From Vicugna vicugna (lineage: Eukaryota): a stretch of 64,000 nucleotides of DNA. The first letter of the stretch is position 1, and every line of letters starts with the position of its first letter. Under the pieces are notes generated by a model. That model saw nothing but the letters and a program-made list of their open reading frames with translations. It ran no database searches and had not been told where the DNA came from. The position numbers and the translations under genes were made by a program. Shown here one piece after another: positions 1-64,000 of the stretch. Where the stretch lies: positions 2,244,844 to 2,308,843 of the forward strand of contig MU057711.1 in assembly GCA_013265495.1 (NCBI GenBank), in the 5' to 3' direction.

Positions 1-1180
1 TTCCAAGCAAGTCCAGAATCTAGCAAGGCAAACTCCATAAGCTTTTAAGGCTCCAGAGTAACCCTCTTTGGCTCCATGCTCTCCCCTCCAGGTCTACGTG
101 AGCAGAAATCTCACCTTTCTGACCCACTGGGGCAGTGGTCCCACCTCCACTGGGGTGACCATACTGCTTCTGTAGCTCTAATAGGTAGGAGTCAGCCTCC
201 AGGGCTCTGGCACAAAGTCCCATCCCCACAACTCTGGGCAGCCCTGCCCCTCCCTGGTCTGGGCAGAGGCTGTCTGGCCTGTTGGAAGCAAGGCAATGGT
301 CCCCTTTTCTGAAACCAAGGAGGCAGCCCTGATGATCTCTGAATCTCTTCTGAGGTCACTCTTTCCTTGTCTCGAAGAATATAATAGCACATGATCTCAT
401 ATGGTCTCATCCTGTACAATCCATGAAGTCTGACAGCCTTCCTTCATTCCTTCCCATTTCATTCTCCTTCAGTTCAGACCAGCAGTTTTCCTCCTGAAGT
501 GGCTGATTAGTGGTTCACAACCAGTCATTTCCCAATGACCCAAATGGTTGTTTGGCCATAACATTAGTGTTCTCTCCCTCTCTCTCTTTTTTTGCAATAT
601 GCATAGGCTGAGAATTTCCCAAATCACTACGTTCTATTTCCTTTTTTGCATAACAATTCTGTCTTTAAGTCATTTCTCTCTTCTTGAATTTTACTATAAG
701 CAGCCAGGAGGAGCCAAGCCACACCTTCAACACTTTTTTTAGAAATTGCTTCAGTTAAATATCCAATTTCATCACTTGCAAGTTTTACCTTTCACAAAAC
801 ACTGGAACACAAACACAATTCAGCCACATTCTCAGCCACAAAAACAAGGATGGCCTTTCCTCCAGTTTCCAATAACATGCTCTTCATTTGTGTCTGAGAC
901 GTCAGCAGAATGTCCTTTACCATCTGTATTTCTACCAACATACTGTTCATGACTTCTTGGGTATTCCCAAAGAAGACAGACTTTCTCTACAGATCTCCTC
1001 TTTACTTTGAGCTGTCACCAGAATGACCTTCAAAGGGCCATTTGTGCTGGTGCAGGTTTTTTCTAGCATGCATCTCCAAAATCCTCCAGTGTCTATCCAT
1101 TTCCCAGTTTCAAAGCTGCTTCCACATTTTTTGGTATTTTTTGTTACTGCAGCACACTTAACTTCTCAGCATCAATCTTC
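1..1180 (-). mobile_element. ERVL-MaLR internal-region remnant (MLT1-int-like)
   Basis: The minus strand from 1180 reads ...gtgctgcagtaacaaaaaataccaaaaatgtggaagcagctttgaaactgggaaatgg, typical of the 5' start of MaLR internal sequence. Confidence 0.65.
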
Positions 1181-1705
1181 TGTATCAGCCAGGGTCCTCC
1201 AGAGAAACAGAACCAGGAAGATGTGTATAGTATCTATTATTTGGACTTACTGTATGTATCATATACAACCAGATATGGAGATTTATTATGAGGAATTGGC
1301 TTATGCTATTGTGAAGACTGAGATGTTCCCCATGATCTGCTGTCTGCAAGCTGGAGACCAAGGAAAACCAGTGGTATAATTTAGTCCAAGTCTGAATGCT
1401 TGGCAACCAGGGATGCCAATGGCGTAAATCCCAGACCAAGGGATGGAAAAGATGAGATGTCTCAGCTCAGTCAGCAAGGGATGAAAAAAGGAATTCCTCC
1501 TTCCTCTGCTTTTTGTTCTATTCAGGCCCTTAACCCATAGGATAAGTCCCACCCACACTGGGGAGGGCAATCTACCGAGTCCACTGATTAAAATCAAATG
1601 TTTGCTGAGCTTATCCGAAAGCATCCTCACAGACACACCCAGCAGAAATGCTTAATCTGGGCACTCCATGGTCAGTCAAGTTGATACATAAAATTAGCCA
1701 TCATA
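1181..1705 (-). mobile_element. ERVL LTR, MLT2 family
   Basis: tgtatcagccagggtcctccagagaaacagaacca...gagatttattatgaggaattggc...caagttgatacataaaattagccatca are MLT2 hallmark termini. Confidence 0.8.
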
Positions 1706-1809
1706 CCAGTTACCTATGCTTCGAGGAGAAGTTCTGGACTGCATTTTAAGTTATGTAGGTTCTAGAAAGAGAATGTTCTAGAGTGAGCCTTTGAATTTTA
1801 GGAAGAGTC

Positions 1810-1959
1810 TTTGTTGCTTTTGTTGCTTTCTTTTCTTTTCTTTCTTTTTTTAGAGGGGAGGTAATTAGACTTATTTACTTATTTAATGGACGACTGGGAA
1901 TTGAATCCAGGTCCTCATGCATGCTAAGCATGTGCTCTACTGCTGAGCTATACCCTCCC
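1810..1959 (-). mobile_element. Camelid tRNA-derived SINE (vic-1 type)
   Basis: Reverse complement GGGAGGGTATAGCTCAGCAGTAGAGCACATGCTTAGCATGCATGAGGACCTGGATTCAATTCCCAG...CTAATTACCTCCCC plus A-rich tail; Pol III A and B boxes. Confidence 0.88.
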
Positions 1960-2464
1960 TTCTAAGGCTTTGTCTTTAGAAGTGGAAGTTCTCTGCTTGG
2001 GCCATTCAATGACAGGTGACAAAAGCAGTTGGGGGTGAGCACCATCTTAGGCAGGATCACCTTACCTGGGGTCTTCTCCCTCATCCACAGACTGCCCTGC
2101 AGTGATCAGTTAAAAAAAAGTGGTAAAATGCAGAGTTATTTGAATATTGGATCTTGGCTGAGTTTCTTTCTGGGCTTTATCTCCAGAGAGTGGTTGCCTG
2201 GGGACCATCATCACCTGCTTTGCCTGCTCATGGATGAGGATGCTACTTCCCTTCTGAATGGGAGAGGAGTTGCCTTAATAGCCTCGTGGAAACTTGAATC
2301 TGAAAAATGTCTGGATTTTTTTACAGATTGGTCAAAAATTATGAGAAAATGCCCTTTTGGGCAGTGTTTTTATTCCCCCATTGTCCATTAGGCTAGGCAA
2401 GCAATTCTTTGTGAGGGCTTTGGCAGCTACCGTAGTCAAATTCTATGGAAACACCACTCAAAAC

Positions 2465-2716
2465 ACAGACTATCCAGAAAGGCAAATCTACAGAGATAGA
2501 AAGTATATTCGTAGTTGCCTGGGGCTGGGGCTGGGGCTGGGGCTGGGGCTGGGAAAAGGGATTGACAGCAAATAGGCCCTAGAGATCTTTTTAGGGTTGG
2601 AAATAATCCAAAATTGATTGTGATGACAGTTGCACAACTCTGTAAATTTAGTAAAAATCCTTAAATTGTACACTTAAAATGAGTGAATTTTATAGTATAG
2701 GAATTATACTATAAAG
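2465..2716 (+). mobile_element. L1M 3'-UTR fragment containing (GGGGCT)5
   Basis: ggcaaatctacagagatagaaagta...gttgcacaactctgtaaattta...aattgtacacttaaaatgagtgaatttta. Confidence 0.75.
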
Positions 2717-3764
2717 CTCTTACATACACACAGGCATGTACATACACACGCAGACACACGTAGACACTCTGACTCCAAAGATCCCAGAATGCAGACAATT
2801 TGAGAAATTTTTTTCTAAAACAGTGGAATGGAAGAAATTTTCGCTGTTCAGAACAAAATACAGGCTTCCACACTGCCTATTATTTTGAAGTCTCATTGAA
2901 AATTATTTCCCTAATTGGAATCCTCTTTGTACTCACGAAGGAGGAAGAAAACACGATACGATGGTGTATATTTTGTGCAAAAAAGGGAAAGCAGTAAATT
3001 GTGCCTAAATTCAAGATTATTAATACCTGGTGCAAATACTTCATTTCCTAAACACAGAAAAATACTAACAACTATAACTATGTGACTATTATTCATGGTT
3101 TTGTTAACTCTGGAGTGGAGTAATATAATCACACACTGTCTAAGATTTAATTATAATGACAATTACTAATAACACCATGTAGTAAGTATGTATATGTATT
3201 TCCCTTTCTGTTTTTTTCAAGTTAATAAATCAACACAATCATATTTAAATTTGCCTGATTCTTAGGTAACTTGCTTTTCATTTCTCTACTCAATTTTTAC
3301 TCTACAGAATCTTGGTGTTTCAGTAAATCTTGCAAGTTGAGACCATCAACTCAGTATTTTCCTCCCTAAGAACAAGAATACTGAGAATGAATAGGACATT
3401 AGATTATGCAGGAAAACGTCTGGGTTTTTGATGGCTGTGTTTTTTTGCTCATCAATTTAATGAAGGTGGTTTTAAAGAATGTAATGTTCTAAATAGCAAA
3501 ATGAAAGGCTCTAAATAGCAAAATGAAAAGGTTGAGTAATCAAAATATACTATTGAAATTAGTGTAGTCTTTCTCTTTGGATGCAGTAGATTACTTTGAG
3601 ACAGAACATTGCAGATTTGTTGGAGAAAGCAAATATATTTTTGTGCATTTAAAATTCCCTACTGTTTTACTTTAGACTAGATGATTTTTGAGGAAACTTC
3701 CAGCAGAGATAGTTTAGGATTCTATACCATGGAACACATACAACACTCAATTACATTGCCTTAT

Positions 3765-4130
3765 CATCCTGCACACAAAGTATATTCCTGCCTCAGGGCC
3801 TTTACACTTGCTATTCTCTCTATCTGATGGATCATTCCCTAGATGGTTATGGTCCATTCCCTCACTTAAGTCCCTGCTCAAATATCACTTCCTCAGAGCA
3901 GCCTTCCCTGATTAGCCCATCTAAAAATAGCACACTGTCACTATCCTTTTAGTTTGCTTTCTCTCTCTTCATAGCACTTAACCACTGTCTGATCATCTTA
4001 TATGCTTGCCTTACTCACTACAATGTAAGCTTCACAAAGGCAGGTACCTCATCAGTATTCATTGCTGTATCCCCAGATTCTGGTACATAGTAGTTGCTCA
4101 AGACGTATTTGTTGAATTAAATGAATGAAT
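3765..4130 (+). mobile_element. L2 LINE 3' end
   Basis: cctcagggcctttacacttgct...tagttgctcaagacgtatttgttgaattaaatgaatgaat. Confidence 0.75.
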
Positions 4131-6464
4131 AGTAATTTGACTTTAAATATTTACCTTTTTTGCTTCCCTAACCAGACAGTAAATTCTTGGAAGGCAGCCA
4201 AAGGCCCTGGTTGCTTATTTATCTCCTCCAGAGCAATTAGCTCAGTTCTGCAAGGATGATAGACATTTAACCAAGATTTACTGAATGAATGCCTTGAAAC
4301 ATGGATGCGTTACAGAGCTAACCAGGATTGCCTGCAGGTGAACAAGAACAGTAATGTCTTGCCTTTCAGCCCACAGTTTACAGAGTACTTTTATGTATAT
4401 TAATTCGTTTTATCATTTTGCTAATACTTTACTAGTTCTTAAGTTTTGCCTAAAGAAACAAGCACTCAAATATAACAAATATTAATTTCTGATATGTAGT
4501 ACTGCCAATTTTGAATACTTTTTTTTGGTCTTAGACACCACTGGCAGTTAATGGGTTCTTGGACATTTGAAAAAATATTTTTAAAGACTGAGTGAGATTT
4601 AAAATAAATAAGTAAAAATAAGGACTATCTTGACACGTACTTATGCGTGGAGTAATTTTTCTGAAGAGTGTTTAACAAAGTCTTCATAGTAATAACTTTC
4701 TAGATGGTGGGAACTTGACAATGTTTACTTTTTTCAGCTTTGCATTTTTCTCATTTGAAGTTTTAAAACAAATCTGAAGTCTTGAAAAGAAACCTATTTC
4801 TATATAAAGCTTTTTGTTTAATTTGCCAATGAGAATAGCATAAAAAAAATCACTACTCATTTTCCTGGCTATGTAATTCTCAGTACATAGCAAATTTCAT
4901 TCTGAGAAAATTTTCAATACTGATTTATAGTAAAGCAATAACAAATAGAATGAACCAAAATTCTTTAGGGTTTTTTTTGTGTATTTTTCATATTTATGTT
5001 CATGTTATTCTCTCAGCAAGAAAAAAGGTAGAGCAATGCTTGGTAATTTGGTAATTTTTCATCTTTGCCAAAAAAACCTTTCCAGGATATTGAGCTCTTA
5101 AAATAGGCCAAAATCGGACGTTAGGAACTCGATCTGGACTTCGGACCAATCTTACAGGACACATATGAAATGTGCTCACTTATTTTCCTTTTTTCTCTTG
5201 ATGATTTAAAATACTTAGTTACATTTTCCTTGTCTTTTTACCACAGGGTTTGTGAAGATGTGCAAATAATCACCTTGTCTTAAATCACTACTGATGCCAA
5301 AAATACGATCCTCCTATTAGGCTTAAAAGGTTTGGGATTTTCTTTAATTCTGAACTAGGAAGGGTTTTTCATGGTTGCTGGTGAACCTTAGGGGAAATGA
5401 GGTTTCATTACACGCTGAGTAGCTAGGGTGCCTGTCTCCGTGAGTGTCTGTGTATTGGTGCATGTTTCTGTGTGCCTGCCTGTGTAAAGTGGGTTTGGGG
5501 TATATGATGGTGGTTTTGAGCCCATGGCTTACACACTTTACGAAGAAGCGCTTCCAGCCAGGTGGACGCAGGTTTCACTAGTCTCGGGGTAGGGTGGGGG
5601 TACCCTCCACCAAAACTTGCGGCTCCCAACATTGGCCAGGGTGCGGCAGGGCCGGTGCTGCAAGTAGCGGGGAGGCCCGGCAGCAGAGGAACCAGCGAAG
5701 CGTGAGTCCTGGCAGGGTCCAGGGCACATGCTCGGGTTGGGAGGGGGCCTATTTTCTCCCCTCTGGAACGGTGCTTAGAGAGGAGATTTCGGGAGGGGTC
5801 AGAGGAGCCGACGGGGGAGGTCCTCTGGGTGCGTAGTGGGGGAGGGGACAGTGGGCGGGGCGGCACCTCCCACAATCCATTCCTCGGAGAGCTGGTGGCG
5901 ACCTCCGTCTGGTCTCACCAGTCTAGGGACCGGGAAACTAAGAACGGCGGCGGCACGCGCCTCAAGGGTGCTGGGACGCCCAGGTACGTGCGACGCCCTC
6001 CGTAGCCGGCGCGGGGACGGTTGGGCCAGGCAGTTGCAGGCCACGCCGTACCGCGCCGCGGCCTCTGTGACGCACGGCGCGGCCTCTAGGGCTGGACCGG
6101 CGGCGCGGCGGGGCGCGGCGGGGGCGGAGCGAGCGCGGGAAGGTGGGGGGGCCGGACGGGGGCGGGGCGAGCGGGGCGGAGCCGGCGGAGGCCCCGCCCC
6201 GGGGCCGGAGTAGCGAGGACGCTACCGAGCAGGCGCGTCCGGCCGCCGCCGCTGCTGCCGCCGCCGCTGCCGCCGACACTCGCCCTTCTCCCGAGCCTCC
6301 GCTGCCGCCGCCATTTGCACGGGGACCCCGGTGACAGGGGCTCGGCAGAGGGGCGGAGGGAGGGGGGAGGGCCCGCGGAGCCCCCGAGGGCGGGTGCGAC
6401 GCCGCCGGCGCCGGCCGGGCTCCCTGCGCGACCGCGCCGCCCGAGGCGGGCCCTGAGCGGCGGT

Positions 6465-6498
<34 letters not shown>

Positions 6499-6525
6499 CA
6501 GCAGCAGCAGCAGCAGCAGCAGCAG
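6465..6525 (+). repeat. Interrupted trinucleotide repeat (AGC)11-AC-(AGC)8-AG in the 5' leader
   Basis: Read and counted directly. Confidence 0.95.
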
Positions 6526-6547
6526 TCGAGGCCGGGCGTGCGCCTAA

Positions 6548-61634
<55,087 letters not shown>

Positions 61635-64000
61635 TCGGCGTTGTACGATGGACTGTCTTCTGTGTGCAATGATCTCATGCTCAGGACAGTTGGATAGGGA
61701 CTCCTGGGAGACATTCGGGAGCCTTACACTGTTCAGACGTTGATTTAGCAACTGCGTTTTTTCCCAGCTCGCCACGGAATGGATCATGAAGACTGACAAC
61801 TACAAAAACAAAAAGCAAGCAAAAAAGGGGAAAAAAAAAGAGGCTGCTCATTTGATAAGTCATATGCTACAACAGGGTCATTTTAAGATTTAAAGCTTGA
61901 ATGTAAAATAAATCTATTTCTCATTGGCTTTATGCAGAGTTTAGGGAGTAGTATTCAGTGTGGATAGGGTGATAGAAACAGAAAACAATTTCAGAGGACG
62001 GGGTGGGGAAGGAAAACACAGGTGTCTTATAGGAAGTCCAGATTCCAAAGGGGAAAGTGATCTGTGCATGTTTTTTTTTTAATATTTTTGCATATATTTA
62101 CCATTTTATTGTGTGTATATATAGATGACCATATAGGAAATTGATATTTGTAATAGTGGATTTGTTAATACTTTTTACATAACATTACTGTTTAAATTGT
62201 AAACAGATTTTTCTCAGGATTAGTTTGAAAAATAATCTGAATTGTCATCTTAACATCCATCTATAGGGAAGTGATTAGTTCTATTACTCAGTTTGTTTCC
62301 TCAGCATTGAAATGACTTAATAGAACCCTTGTGACCTGCTGCAAAAAAAAATTTTCCTCTCTAAAGAAAAGGTTATGGTGGCAAATGACGTTTATTTTAT
62401 TTTGTAAAAAAAAAAAATGTACTATGTACTTTTGTGTAAACACTGAAAAATCTCTAGTCATCTCTAAGAATTAACTTGCGACTGTTTTCTATAGTGCTGT
62501 CGTCTTGGGCAATGGGCAATTACATGACTTTGTGTTTGTTTCCTTTGCAGTCTTTTTTTTTTTTTTCTTTTTTTTTTCCTTCCTAATAGGGGAAAAAAAG
62601 GCCACCCGCGTCTGGTCCCATTCCTGTTGCAGTAAAACCTCGAGTTCCACAGACTTTGCATGCTGGCTCCTCTAACCCTGTGTGCTGCGTGTGCTTGTTT
62701 TTCTCATCTCTTACTCTTTTTTAAATTCATGCTTACCTACTGTGGGACAGAATAACTGTAAACAGCTTTAATTAAATCATACTTATAAAAAAACTATTTT
62801 CTTATACTCCACTTTATGCTTTTGGTATTGTTGATCTTTAAAAATTAAATGGTCTTTGATAATGGATCTATTTTGTATTGCCTTATTAAGACCAAATACT
62901 TCTTGTCATCCCATTCTTTATCCTCTCCTTTCATGGAATTGTTATCTTTAATTAAAACTTTTTTAAACATTGGCTTGTTTCAATCAACTGTAAATTTTGG
63001 TTGTGGTCAGCTTTGAGTGCAAATGAGATGTATTCTGTTATTCATCATCACATGTTGAGTTTGAAACTCAGTTGGGAATATTTAATATAATGTAAGAGGC
63101 ATTTCTGAAAAATGCTTTCTTTCAAGGTGAACGCTCTTATGTTTAGCATCAGTGTGTGTGGCTCTGTTAATTACAGCCATTTCTGAGATGAGATTCTTTT
63201 TTATATATATACATATGAAGTACTATTGGCTTTTAGGAATTTCTTTTATATACATTTATGAAATACTGAAGACCAGTCAGACCACTAATGGACACTTAGT
63301 GCAAGTTTTTTAAAGAAAATAATGCTAAAGTAAGACCAAAACTGGTGTCATCACTAAAATTAACAGTTTTCAATCTGTTCGTATTTTAATTCACAACGGA
63401 AAAATGTGTTCCAAAACTGGAAATTCATAATACTTGTGTAAACCGTGGAAGATTTTAAATGTGATGTTATTTTGATGATGTTTTAAATTTTAGAAGTCAC
63501 ATTTTATTCTGATCAGAATTTTTATCAAGATGTTGAGCTTTTGTTTTTTGAAACTAGTTTGTCATAACATGTTGTGCGTAATCACCGTATTTATTTTCTA
63601 GGACTATTGTGGAATGTGTAGACTTATGTTTACTGCTAAGGGAACAATTATTTATAAAGTAATATTAAATCCAGTATTAGCTGCCTATTTCAGACACTTA
63701 ATACCTACAGAGATCCATGTTACATTTACCACACTGAAGTTTTGGTTTTTTTTTAAAGAATCACCCTCATTGTTGAAAGTAAATGTGCCCTTAGGGTACA
63801 GATATTAGTGTTCCAATAAGCATGTGATTATATTAAGGTGGTGGTAGCGGGAAGATAATCTTGATTCCATTGGGAATCTTAGGTATTCGTAAATTTATTG
63901 GGAAAATAGTTTTTCCTGTATTTTGACGTTTCTTTTTGGTAAACAGTATCTTTCTAAAAGAAAAAGCATGAAGGAGAAATTGAGGTGTGTACATTTCCTC
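61635..64000 (+). other. TENT4B: TENT4B 3' UTR (AU-rich; end not determined, may extend past the window)
   Basis: Follows the stop codon, U/A-rich, no recognisable interspersed repeats. AATAAA at 61907-61912; ATTAAA at 62771, 62844, 62951 and 63664. Confidence 0.8.

Noticed and set aside
3488..3531. 22-bp tandem duplication tctaaatagcaaaatgaaagg
   Set aside because: Two copies only, an ordinary slippage duplication with no spacers; not CRISPR-like.
61699..61712. CTC-CTGG-GAG as a possible CNGG(N) stem-loop for ZCCHC14/TENT4 autoregulation
   Set aside because: Only a 3-bp stem; too weak to support.

Overview
Mammalian genomic DNA, almost certainly from a camelid (camel, alpaca or llama): it carries five copies of the camelid tRNA-derived vic-1-type SINE. 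The window holds one complete protein-coding gene on the + strand, TENT4B (PAPD5/TRF4-2, non-canonical poly(A) polymerase). The gene has a CpG-island promoter (~5.6-7.3 kb), 12 coding exons (6614..61634; 2133 nt, 710 aa, all introns GT-AG, frame continuous), a 41-kb repeat-rich first intron with a 248-nt assembly gap, and a long AU-rich 3' UTR that runs to or past the window end. The remainder is ancient L1M/L2/MIR/LTR/Tigger/Charlie debris. I found no new multi-gene system. The most interesting unannotated signals are: a 35-nt tailless U2 snRNA retrocopy with a 15-bp target-site duplication (TSD); a ~118-bp polyadenylated orphan retro-insertion with a perfect 17-bp TSD in intron 4; a CUG + (AGC)n upstream ORF whose stop overlaps the main ATG (TGATG); an in-frame alternative acceptor removing 47 aa; a possible AUG-less upstream exon; and an 18-bp palindrome made of two D-boxes. 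Repeat family names and boundaries were recognised by eye and are approximate.
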